A program made the translations under genes and the position numbers. The notes below the pieces were generated by a model. The model saw nothing but the letters and a program-made list of their open reading frames with translations, ran no database searches and was not told where the DNA came from. This document shows, piece after piece, positions 7,589-17,264 of a DNA stretch of 24,000 nt. Each line of letters begins with the position of its first letter. The first letter of the stretch is position 1. Source of the stretch: Promethearchaeum sp. (lineage in GTDB: Archaea; Asgardarchaeota; Lokiarchaeia; Sigyniarchaeales; Promethearchaeaceae); NCBI GenBank assembly GCA_030612265.1, contig JAUWOE010000009.1, positions 6,158-30,157 on the forward strand, in the 5' to 3' direction.

Positions 7589-7617
7589 TTTATATTTTCA
7601 TTTTCATTTTATATTTT
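7589..7617 (+). promoter_or_regulatory. Candidate rRNA promoter: two TATA-like boxes (TTTATATT, TTTTATATTTT)
   Basis: These are the only strong TATA-like elements about 240-270 nt upstream of the mature 16S 5' end. A GC-richer structured leader follows them. Position-based guess only. Confidence 0.25.
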
Positions 7618-7856
7618 GAGTCACAACCGACTCAAATAACTCATATCTTAAACGGCGTGAGTATTGATCACGGCAATTGCCATCGACATGAAATACTCCT
7701 TTCCAAAGATTTGGGAAACAAAATGAAGTCCTATGGAAATTAGGACTGAAGTAGTTATGAACACGGGCAAGTTTCATCTAAGATATAATGAACTTGTCAA
7801 TTCTAATAATTTTTTCTATAGTGAGCGGATAATAATGGAAGGATTCGATACAATTA

Positions 7857-9350
<1,494 letters not shown>

Positions 9351-9463
9351 ACAACATTTCTATGGGTTTAATGCCCATAGATCTTCTTTTTATTTTTTTT
9401 AGTTCTTTTCATATTTAATAAGATATAAATTTTCATTAGTATTTTCTATTTTTTTAATATATT

Positions 9464-9536
9464 GGGCCCATGGCTCAGTTGGTAGAGCACCTGACTTGCA
9501 CTCAGGGGGTCGGGGATTCAAATTCCCCTGGGTCCA
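9464..9536 (+). tRNA. tRNA-Ala (UGC)
   Basis: 73-nt cloverleaf: acceptor GGGCCCA/TGGGTCC with the G3:U70 Ala identity pair, anticodon loop CTTGCAC, T-loop TTCAAAT, discriminator A. No CCA is encoded. Confidence 0.95.
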
Positions 9537-9800
9537 TTAATTATAATATGATCCATTTCAAAAATAAGAAATATTAAGTAAGTGAGTTTTTGAAAATATG
9601 TACCAAAATTTTTTAATTATTTCAGAGAGTCTTAGAATTAGTATGTTTTTTCCACTTAAAATATCTGATTGGGATATGGAACAGTATAAATTAATACTGC
9701 AGCTATTTAGCATAGTTTTAATAGTTGTTATGTTGGTTTATATCGCTTTATCATCACGTGATAATGAATAAATGAATAAATAATTAAATTATTAGATTTA

Positions 9801-11039
9801 TTATTTTCCTTTTGAAGCAGAAACGATTCTAACAACATCTTGATTTTGTAAAATGTAAGATTCACCTAATCTCAATTTTGTTCTCCCATTTATTCCATAA
9901 ATAAAGTTTTTTGCTAAATTGGAATGGATTTTTTCATCCACAAATTCTTTTAATTTAGTTCCACTTGTAATAAGATGTGCATCTGGCAACACATTTCCAT
10001 CTTTATCAGAATATGTATTTAGATCATATACTGGATAAACTACAATTTGTTTTAAAACATCAAAGACTGAATAATTTATTATTTTCTGAATTCCTGAACT
10101 ACCAAATTTTTTTAATATTTTTTCTTCAATATTTTGAAGAGCATCTAATTCTTGAGCAGACAAACTTTTTTTATCTAATATCTTGAAATGTGAATCCCCT
10201 GGAAAATATTCAATAATTCCTTTTTCCGCAAATTTTCTTAACCATAATTCTGTTAAAGCACTACATGGAATAGTATTTTTATAAATCTTAGATAATTTTT
10301 TAAAAATTTCTTCACCATTCGGTTTATCTACCTTATTTGCGATAATAATAATTGGTTTTGAAATTTCGCGAAGTTTCGTAGCAAAATGTAAGACATCATT
10401 CTCCTTCCATACTGTTAAATGCTCAAAATCTAAATTAGATGCTTTCATTGCTAAATATATATGATCTTTTCTTACAGAAATCCCTGCCATTCGGTCATAG
10501 AAGACATCAACAAAGCTTAATTTTTCTTGTTCAATTTTGCGTACAAATTTCTGCCAATCCTTTCTTATAAGAATATCTCTAAACCAATAATTTATTTCCT
10601 TCTCTAAAAACTTAATATCTTCAAGTGGATCCCTCGAACCTTCATCAATTTCTTGACCTTCAGCGTCCAAACTTCCAGAAATATCAATCACATGTAATAA
10701 TACATCTGCTCGTGATAAATCAGAAAGAAATTTATTTCCCATCCCTTTTCCGATATGAGCATCTGGAACTAAACCTGCAACGTCTAAAAATTTAACTGGA
10801 ATAAACCTAATGCCATTTTTACAAATCGAATTTTTAGGATTATCTTTTACATTTAATTCTTTACATATACAATCTATTCGAATAAAACCTTTTCCCAAGT
10901 TCGGCTCAATTGTTGTAAAAGGATAATTTCCCACTTTAGCTTCAGTTAAACAAGCAGAATTTAAAAAAGTACTTTTACCTGATGATGGCTTTCCGACTAT
11001 TCCAATCAACATATGGTAAAATATTTTATTAAAACTCAT
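9801..11039 (-). CDS. OBG-family GTPase/ATPase (YchF/DRG-like) with C-terminal TGS domain
   Basis: Motifs: IGIVGKPSSGKSTFLN (G1), NYPFTTIEPNLG (switch I), LDVAGLV (G3), ANKVD (G4), and C-terminal LRLGESYILQNQDVVRIVSA (TGS-like). An alternative start at the ATG at 11012 (MLIGIVGKP) is equally plausible. Confidence 0.85.
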   Translation of the reverse strand: MSFNKIFYHMLIGIVGKPSSGKSTFLNSACLTEAKVGNYPFTTIEPNLGKGFIRIDCICKELNVKDNPKNSICKNGIRFIPVKFLDVAGLVPDAHIGKGMGNKFLSDLSRADVLLHVIDISGSLDAEGQEIDEGSRDPLEDIKFLEKEINYWFRDILIRKDWQKFVRKIEQEKLSFVDVFYDRMAGISVRKDHIYLAMKASNLDFEHLTVWKENDVLHFATKLREISKPIIIIANKVDKPNGEEIFKKLSKIYKNTIPCSALTELWLRKFAEKGIIEYFPGDSHFKILDKKSLSAQELDALQNIEEKILKKFGSSGIQKIINYSVFDVLKQIVVYPVYDLNTYSDKDGNVLPDAHLITSGTKLKEFVDEKIHSNLAKNFIYGINGRTKLRLGESYILQNQDVVRIVSASKGK

Positions 11040-11080
11040 AAAAAGTTATTGGAATTTCTAAATTTTCAATGGTTATAGTT

Positions 11081-13663
11081 TTAGTACGTCTGAGAATTCT
11101 CTTGGATAAGAAGTTTTTGGATTTCGCTTTCAATTTTGGCAAATACTGTCATTAAATTATCACGTTCAAAATTATTATCGTTTTTAATTGTAGTTCTCAC
11201 TATATTTAATTTATTTATTTTTCTATAGAACTCATTTAATTCTTTTTTAAATGATTGAGCCTCAGCTGTAATTAGCTTTCTATTTTCTTTTAATTCTTCC
11301 GAATTGTCGATATAAAAGGCCATATATCTCGTTTTATTTGATTTTAATCTATTTATGAAATTTCTAGCTAAATTAATAATTTCTTTAGGCATTTCTCTCG
11401 CAGAATATTTTTTCTTGTCATACAAAATTACAAATTCTAAGAGTTCTTTATTTCCTCTAGCCCAATTAGACTCAATTTCAAATATATATATATATATTTG
11501 ATAATTCTCAATTGAAACATTCATTTCACCCATATTAACATCCAAATACTTGGGAATTTGCCTTTCAATTTCTTCATTAACAATAGTAGAACCAATCTGA
11601 TAATATTTTTCTGGTCCGATTATTCTATGAAAATAATAAAAACTTACATCAAACATTCCATTTTGATTATCAGATTTCGTTTTTTGCTCGTACTTATTTT
11701 TCTCCTCTTTTCTTACGTCTATTTCATTGAGATTCTTTGAAGATTTATTCGTCAATTCTTTAAATTCATTAAAAATGTTCTTAAGATTATCCAAAGAAAA
11801 TAAAGCTTCGTGTGAAGTAATTGTCTTGGTCTTATTATATTTATCTATTAGTTTTATAAAGAATGAAGTGTTTTTACATAAAATTGAGTATTTCCAATAG
11901 AAATCTTTAGAAATTTTTTCATAAAAATTTATTATATTGCTAAATTCAGGGATTTTAAGGAAATTTCGATATTTTTGAACTAATTCTTTAAATGTCTGAA
12001 TGATTTCTCTTACACTTTGTTCATATTTTTCCTCTTTATTCAATTTTTCAGCTTCTTTTATCAAACTCTCAATTCTATTATTAATTATTTGAAGAGGAGA
12101 TGAACATACTTTATGTTTAATAACTTCTATAGGATCATTTGTTATATAATCTGCTTTCGATTCTTTTATTTTTCGATTATTTACTTTTTTCAAATTTTTA
12201 GTCCCTCTTTTTAATAATTTTATATTATTTGTATTTTTAATTTTTAACAAAAAAGCATCAGGAATTGAGTCAATTTTTGCTAAACAATACCCTGTTATTA
12301 GTTCATTGGCCTTTAATGGAAAATTACTTTGAAATCCAAGAAAATGAATAACGTCTTCATTTTTTTCATTAAATTTAAAAAAAAATTTAGATCCAGAATT
12401 TCTAATAATGTTTTTACTTATATCCAAAGTTGTGGTTAAAGTTATCAGAGCTTCCCCTTTACCACGAAGAAGCATCGCTATATCTTCTAAATATGTCGAA
12501 ATCTTTGTAGTTTCTAACATCTTTTTTGATGCAATATAAGAAGCATCTTCAAAGATTGTTAAGTGCTCTAATTCGTTTGTAGGTCTTTTTTTCATATTAT
12601 ATTCCCAAATCCATTTTAAAACTAAATTCGCAAAAAAAATCACATCTTCTTTTGAACCACCTAAATTTAAAATGTTCCCTAAATCGATTATGCAATTTTT
12701 CTTCAATAAATCAGATATTTTTTTTGTTTTTGAAGAAAAGTTAAAGAGACTTTTTAGTGGACCATCATAATACCTCCTTAATCGATTAGTTATACTAATA
12801 ATTGTTTGATTTAATTGTGGGATATCGTTTTTTTTTTTTTCAGTATAGATTTTAAGGATTTTAAAGAAATAATCCCAAGACTGCATTTTTTTATTAGAGC
12901 ATACTATTCTTAATGTATCAATTAGAACTTTTTCCATCTGAGGAGAGAAATCGCTATTGGATTCTATGATTTGACAAGATTTTAAAGCATCAAATAAGAT
13001 CTCAACATAATTATCTTCTGGGAAAATGTCATTATCAAATGGATTAAAGTAAAAATTTAATCCAGGTCGAATAACGTTGATGGATTTCACATCTTTCATA
13101 AGCTCCTTATATTCACCTTTAAATTCAAATAAAATAAAAGGAATATTTGGATATTTCTTTTCAAACTGATGAAGGAAATTATTAAGAAGAGTAGTTTTAC
13201 CCGTTCCAGTTTGACCATAAATTATTATATGTCTTTTCAAATCTTCGATATTGAGTTTAAACTTCTTAAGAATTTCCCGATTATAAAAAATTGTTCCTAA
13301 ATTTATAGTCCCTTTACTATAATTCTTAAAATCTGGTTTTTCAAGCTCTATTGAAGGAATTTTTTTTTGTTTTAGAATTATTTTTAATATTAAATTATAT
13401 AAAAAAATAATAATTGTAAAAATTGTTAACAAAAAATCAATTTTTAAGAGATTAAAAAATTTTAAACTCCAAAATATTAATGAGAAAAGAAACGCAATCT
13501 GATATATCATAAAAATTTCTTTTATTCTTATCAGAAATCGACTTTGAAGTGAACAATGCTGAGCAATTAAAAGGAAAATTCCTATTAGATCTGTCAAAAT
13601 AGAAAAAATGTACCAAAGATCTCCCCTGAAAATTAGAATATAAATAATTGGTATATTTTCCAT
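11081..13663 (-). CDS. Membrane-anchored HerA/FtsK-superfamily (DUF87-like) P-loop ATPase with a long coiled-coil and a longin-like C-terminal extension
   Basis: - ATG with AGGAAGGT upstream.
- About 3-4 N-terminal TM helices (IFSILTDLIGIFLLIA, IAFLFSLIFWSL, LLTIFTIIIFLYNLILKII).
- GTINLGTIF...LKRHIIIYGQTGTGKTTLLNNFL (Walker A) and HLTIFEDASYIA (Walker B-like).
- The C-terminal ~350 aa are helical, followed by the FYYFHRIIGPEKYY...IYIYIFEIESNWARGNKELLEFVILYD module. Confidence 0.8.
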   Translation of the reverse strand: MENIPIIYILIFRGDLWYIFSILTDLIGIFLLIAQHCSLQSRFLIRIKEIFMIYQIAFLFSLIFWSLKFFNLLKIDFLLTIFTIIIFLYNLILKIILKQKKIPSIELEKPDFKNYSKGTINLGTIFYNREILKKFKLNIEDLKRHIIIYGQTGTGKTTLLNNFLHQFEKKYPNIPFILFEFKGEYKELMKDVKSINVIRPGLNFYFNPFDNDIFPEDNYVEILFDALKSCQIIESNSDFSPQMEKVLIDTLRIVCSNKKMQSWDYFFKILKIYTEKKKNDIPQLNQTIISITNRLRRYYDGPLKSLFNFSSKTKKISDLLKKNCIIDLGNILNLGGSKEDVIFFANLVLKWIWEYNMKKRPTNELEHLTIFEDASYIASKKMLETTKISTYLEDIAMLLRGKGEALITLTTTLDISKNIIRNSGSKFFFKFNEKNEDVIHFLGFQSNFPLKANELITGYCLAKIDSIPDAFLLKIKNTNNIKLLKRGTKNLKKVNNRKIKESKADYITNDPIEVIKHKVCSSPLQIINNRIESLIKEAEKLNKEEKYEQSVREIIQTFKELVQKYRNFLKIPEFSNIINFYEKISKDFYWKYSILCKNTSFFIKLIDKYNKTKTITSHEALFSLDNLKNIFNEFKELTNKSSKNLNEIDVRKEEKNKYEQKTKSDNQNGMFDVSFYYFHRIIGPEKYYQIGSTIVNEEIERQIPKYLDVNMGEMNVSIENYQIYIYIFEIESNWARGNKELLEFVILYDKKKYSAREMPKEIINLARNFINRLKSNKTRYMAFYIDNSEELKENRKLITAEAQSFKKELNEFYRKINKLNIVRTTIKNDNNFERDNLMTVFAKIESEIQKLLIQENSQTY
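11482..11497. repeat. (AT)8 dinucleotide repeat inside the ATPase CDS
   Basis: Read directly: atatatatatatatat. It encodes IYIYI on the minus strand. Confidence 0.9.
12828..12840. repeat. T13 (A13 on the coding strand) homopolymer inside the ATPase CDS
   Basis: Read directly: 13 consecutive T. It encodes the Lys run in EKKKND on the minus strand. Confidence 0.9.
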
Positions 13664-13785
13664 TTTTTCTACCTTCCTATCATTAATTTGTAAATAAAAT
13701 TATTAAAATATCGAAATTAATAATTCAGAAAAAATTTTTAATTTTTCATGACTTAGACTTCCTAGTATAAATATTGGTGATATAA

Positions 13786-15375
13786 ATGTCAAATCTATCT
13801 GGTAAACCATTCTTAGTATTAAGACAAGGCACTGAACAGCTGAAAGGAAGAAGAGCCTTATCAATAAATATTGAAGCAATTAAAACTATTGCAGAATCAA
13901 TCCGCACCACTTTAGGTCCTAAAGGTTTAAACAAAATGATTGTGGATTCAATGAACGAAGTAACCGTCACTGGTGATGGAGCAAAAATTTTGGAAGAATT
14001 AAGTGTTGAAAATCCTGCGGCGAAAATGGTTGTTGAGCTTTCTAAAACAATTCATAAAAAAATTGGCGATGGTGCGAGCTCTACCGTAATTTTCTTAGGA
14101 GAATTAATGAAACGAGCATATGAAATGATATCAGTTGATATTTCTCCAACATTAATTTATGAAGGATATATTCATGCTCTTAAAGAAATTAAAAGACTTT
14201 TAAAGCTCTTATCCATCAAAATTGAAAAAAATGATAAAGAGATTCTTAATAATATTGCAAAAACAACTTTGAATACAAAAAATCTCTTCGGTGCTACTTC
14301 TTATTACGCTAGTATTGTTGTTGATTGCATTTTAAATATTACTGAAATGAGAGGGAATAACCCTTATGTGGATTTAGATAATATACAATTAATAAAAAAA
14401 GAAGGGGAAGGTTTATCCAATTCTCAATTAATAACGGGTATAATTGTAGATAAAGAGGTTGTAAGTTCAATTATGCCTAAATATATAAAAAATGCAAAAA
14501 TCGCCTTAATTGATGGTGCTTTGGAAATTATAAAAACTGATTTTTCATCTGAAATACAAATATCAAATCCTGATGAAATCAGTGGATTTTTAAAACAAGA
14601 AGAAAATTTGATAAAAGAACTCGCAGATGCGTTAATTTCTGCTGGAGTTAATGTAGTATTTTGTCAAAAAGGAATAGATGAAACAGCGCAACATTATTTG
14701 GCTAAATCAAATATAATGGCAATCCGTCGTGTTAAGCATTCCGATATGGTTAAATTATCACGTGCAACTGGTGCCAAGATAATCACTCGAGTTAAAACTA
14801 TTCATAGCAATGATTTAGGATATGCAAAATTTGTTTCTGAGCGAAAAATTGGTAAAGATAATATGATTTTTGTTGAAGAATGCAAAGATCCTAAATCATT
14901 AACAATTCTTATTAGAGGAGGAACCGAACTTATTGTAGATGATGCTGAACGTGCATTAAAAAATGGATTAGGTGTTATAAAATCTGTTATCGAAAATCCT
15001 GAAATCGTAGGTGGAGCAGGTTCCATTGAAATTGAATTACGAAAGCATCTAAATTTATATGCTCGAAAAATAGGCGGTAAGGAACAAATTGCAATTGAAA
15101 ATTATGCAGATGCACTTGAAATTATTCCAAAAACAATAATTGAAAATTCTGGAAAAGATTCTCTTGATTATATGACAAATTTAAGAGCTCAAAGTGATTA
15201 TTCAAAGAAAAATTATTTTGGTTTTGATTCTAGTTCTGGTGAAATTGTCAATACACATAAATTTGGTATCATTGAATCAACCTCTGTAATAACTGAGATT
15301 TTCTCATTGGCAACTGAAATGGCAATAAGTTTCATTAGAATTGATGATTATATTCGCTCATCAAATAAGAAATAA
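13786..15375 (+). CDS. ths: Thermosome subunit (group II chaperonin)
   Basis: Motifs: TTLGPKGLNKMIV, VTGDGAKILEEL, ENPAAKMVVELSKTIHKKIGDGASST, VGGAGSIEIEL, and GIIES. GGTGAT Shine-Dalgarno lies 4 nt upstream of the ATG. Confidence 0.95.
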   Translation: MSNLSGKPFLVLRQGTEQLKGRRALSINIEAIKTIAESIRTTLGPKGLNKMIVDSMNEVTVTGDGAKILEELSVENPAAKMVVELSKTIHKKIGDGASSTVIFLGELMKRAYEMISVDISPTLIYEGYIHALKEIKRLLKLLSIKIEKNDKEILNNIAKTTLNTKNLFGATSYYASIVVDCILNITEMRGNNPYVDLDNIQLIKKEGEGLSNSQLITGIIVDKEVVSSIMPKYIKNAKIALIDGALEIIKTDFSSEIQISNPDEISGFLKQEENLIKELADALISAGVNVVFCQKGIDETAQHYLAKSNIMAIRRVKHSDMVKLSRATGAKIITRVKTIHSNDLGYAKFVSERKIGKDNMIFVEECKDPKSLTILIRGGTELIVDDAERALKNGLGVIKSVIENPEIVGGAGSIEIELRKHLNLYARKIGGKEQIAIENYADALEIIPKTIIENSGKDSLDYMTNLRAQSDYSKKNYFGFDSSSGEIVNTHKFGIIESTSVITEIFSLATEMAISFIRIDDYIRSSNKK

Positions 15376-15861
15376 TTAATTTATTTCTTTTTTAACCTCT
15401 GTATTCAAAAACCCTTTATTAATCTCCCAAAAAGCCTTTCCCCAGGAGAATTTTGAAAGTAATTTCTTAGCTTCATCCTTAAAACCTGTTATAAATAATG
15501 CTGCTGCGAGTGCTTCGGCTGAGCTTATTTTATCCCATTTTCCATAATTTACTGAATTTGCTGCTAATAAATGGGGGAGCTTTCTTCCCATTTTGAATTT
15601 CTGATTAAAAACTAAATCAATCTTAGCCCAAGAACAATCGACAACAATAATTCCAGATTTTTTTAAAATTCCTCTATCTTGAAAATTTATTATTTTTTTG
15701 CTAAAAGGATCTAAGACAATTGCATTTTTTGGAAACTGTGATAATTTCTTGCCTAATTTAACCAAATTAAATTTGTTTAGTCTTAAAATTGTATTTTTTT
15801 TAGGATCATCTTGATTTAAATGCAAAGCATATAATCTTAGATCATTAAGTTCACTGTTCAT
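15376..15861 (-). CDS. tsr3: Tsr3, 16S/18S rRNA aminocarboxypropyltransferase (DUF367)
   Basis: Motifs: LYALHLNQDDPKKNT, VLDPFS, GIIVVDCSWAKI, LPHLLAANSVNYGKWDKISSAEALAAALFITGF, and FSWGKAFWEIN. Confidence 0.9.
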   Translation of the reverse strand: MNSELNDLRLYALHLNQDDPKKNTILRLNKFNLVKLGKKLSQFPKNAIVLDPFSKKIINFQDRGILKKSGIIVVDCSWAKIDLVFNQKFKMGRKLPHLLAANSVNYGKWDKISSAEALAAALFITGFKDEAKKLLSKFSWGKAFWEINKGFLNTEVKKEIN

Positions 15862-15901
15862 ATCAAAAATCTGTTTAAGAATTTTTATATTTATTGTAGA
15901 A

Positions 15902-15909
15902 TTTAAATA
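15902..15909 (+). promoter_or_regulatory. Candidate TATA box (TTTAAATA) for tRNA-Leu
   Basis: TATA-like octamer about 37 nt upstream of the tRNA 5' end. This is consistent with archaeal spacing plus a short leader. Confidence 0.35.
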
Positions 15910-15946
15910 TTTATCTTTATTAGTCGATTTTCACTTATTTTTCATA

Positions 15947-16069
15947 GCGGGGATAATCAAGTCTGGTCCACGAATTTCAATAGAAATTTTGTATCTACTA
16001 TTGAAAGTGGAATGCTGGACTTAGGATCCAGTGCGTAGAGCCGCGAGGGTTCAAATCCCTCTCCCCGCA
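15947..16069 (+). tRNA. tRNA-Leu (UAG), class II, interrupted by a 39-nt intron in the D-arm
   Basis: - Acceptor GCGGGGA/TCCCCGC with discriminator A.
- Anticodon stem-loop CTGGA-CTTAGGA-TCCAG.
- Long variable arm, and T-arm GAGGG-TTCAAAT-CCCTC.
- After intron removal the D-arm reads ATC-A-AGTCTGGTCCA-C-GAT, like other archaeal tRNA-Leu. Confidence 0.9.
15974..16012 (+). other. Archaeal bulge-helix-bulge (BHB) tRNA intron at a non-canonical position (D-stem 3' strand, about 24/25)
   Basis: - Central 4-bp helix: CCAC (15968-71) / GTGG (16007-10).
- 3-nt bulges: GA|A (15972-74) and AA|T (16011-13).
- Inner 9-bp helix: TTTCAATAG (15975-83) / CTATTGAAA (15998-16006).
- Outer 8-bp helix: 15960-67 / 16014-21 (three G-U pairs). 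Confidence 0.8.
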
Positions 16070-16229
16070 TATATCTATAATAAAAATAATATCTCTATAA
16101 GATTGTTGCCTAAATCAGAAATTCGAAATTAGAATCGATATTTTTGGCAAAATATTAATTATGAGAATATGCGAAATATAAATTAGGTTTTATTATATAT
16201 TATAATTATCAATTATTTGCGGGAAAAAT

Positions 16230-17231
16230 ATGAGCGTCCGAGAAACTTTAGTAAAACATTTATCAACTATTTTAAGATCATCCAAAGCTACAATAATGGC
16301 ATTATTATCTGATGAAAATGGACTTTCAATAGCGAAAACAGGTCGAAATACTGATTTAAACCTAGATAGTAATGCAATCACCAGCGTATCGTCTGCTGCT
16401 TTTTCTTCGAGTGAAGAGAATTGGTTTGATCTTGGAATTCAAAGACAAATAATCGCATTTTCATTTTTCGAGAAGATTTGTCTAATAACTGTACGAATAC
16501 AACAAACTCTTCTAACTATTGTTCATGATTACAATCAAGAATGGCCACTTAATGCAGATAATATTGGATCCAGCATATTTCATCTTAGAAAAGAAATCGA
16601 GAACTTTTTTGGTTCAGGGAAGGTAAATAATGATGAAATTGAATTATTTAGTAATAATGTCCGTAGTGCGATATATCTCTGCGGTATGGGCTCTGAAATT
16701 CCTTTAACTTCTTATATTCCTCCTGCTCCAGAACAAAAAGAATTAATTGAAAATATTAGTGAAATATTAGATTCTGTTCAAACTCCCGTATTTTTAAATT
16801 ATGGCTTAGTTAATTCTTCTGGATTAAATATTGATGCTAGATCAATTGATCCAGATAAATTTTCAATCCCTGTTGATGCATTTAGTGCAAATGCCAATGT
16901 GGGATTTCAAAAAATGATTGAAGAAGCAGATTCCTTAAAACTTGGTGGTTTAGTTTCGTACTTATGTGTTTCTGGAAATGATCCAGATAATTTCTATGGG
17001 ATTCTATGCAACCCAAGTGGAAAAATGGCTTTTACAGATAAAGAAACAGGAAGTTATATTAGTCAACCAATTACCTTTGTATCTTTATTCCCACTAACAT
17101 ATGGTGCGATTCCAGTTTTAAGTGAAGCAAGAAATATTGTTCATTCTATAATTGGTATTATTGGAAACGATGAAATAACCGAGAGATTTATCAATAGTGT
17201 TAACGCAATTGAAAAAACGAAGTATCAATAA
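16230..17231 (+). CDS. Tandem Roadblock/LC7-like protein (second in the window)
   Basis: The N-terminal domain reads LVKHLSTILRSSKATIMALLSDENGLSIAKTG...AITSVSSAAFSS...IIAFSFFEKICLITVRI..TLLTIVHD. The second half repeats the helix/beta-beta/helix pattern: ELIENISEILDSVQTPVFLNYGLVNSSGLNIDARS...VDAFSANANVGFQKMIEEA...VSYLCVSG. Confidence 0.65.
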   Translation: MSVRETLVKHLSTILRSSKATIMALLSDENGLSIAKTGRNTDLNLDSNAITSVSSAAFSSSEENWFDLGIQRQIIAFSFFEKICLITVRIQQTLLTIVHDYNQEWPLNADNIGSSIFHLRKEIENFFGSGKVNNDEIELFSNNVRSAIYLCGMGSEIPLTSYIPPAPEQKELIENISEILDSVQTPVFLNYGLVNSSGLNIDARSIDPDKFSIPVDAFSANANVGFQKMIEEADSLKLGGLVSYLCVSGNDPDNFYGILCNPSGKMAFTDKETGSYISQPITFVSLFPLTYGAIPVLSEARNIVHSIIGIIGNDEITERFINSVNAIEKTKYQ

Positions 17232-17264
17232 AAGATTGTTCTTTATTATTCTCTTACATAAAAT

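Noticed and set aside
7690-7720. The inverted repeat TTTCCaaagatttGGGAAA and the surrounding AT-rich intergenic region as a replication origin (ORB-like element)
   Set aside because: It does not match the mini-ORB consensus, occurs only once, and has no adjacent cdc6/orc1 gene. It lies in the rRNA leader, where processing hairpins are expected.
11081-13663. The TM-anchored HerA/FtsK-like ATPase as a marker of a conjugative or viral island (VirD4/VirB4/CedB-like)
   Set aside because: There is no integrase, relaxase, pilin, capsid or nuclease gene, and no flanking direct repeats or tRNA-adjacent att-like sites. The neighbours are core housekeeping genes with the same composition.
13765-13772. 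TATAAATA immediately upstream of the thermosome ATG as its TATA box
   Set aside because: It lies only about 14 nt from the start codon and overlaps the GGTGAT Shine-Dalgarno region, which is too close for the archaeal TATA-to-TSS spacing. A more distal T/A-rich element is more likely, but I could not pin it down.
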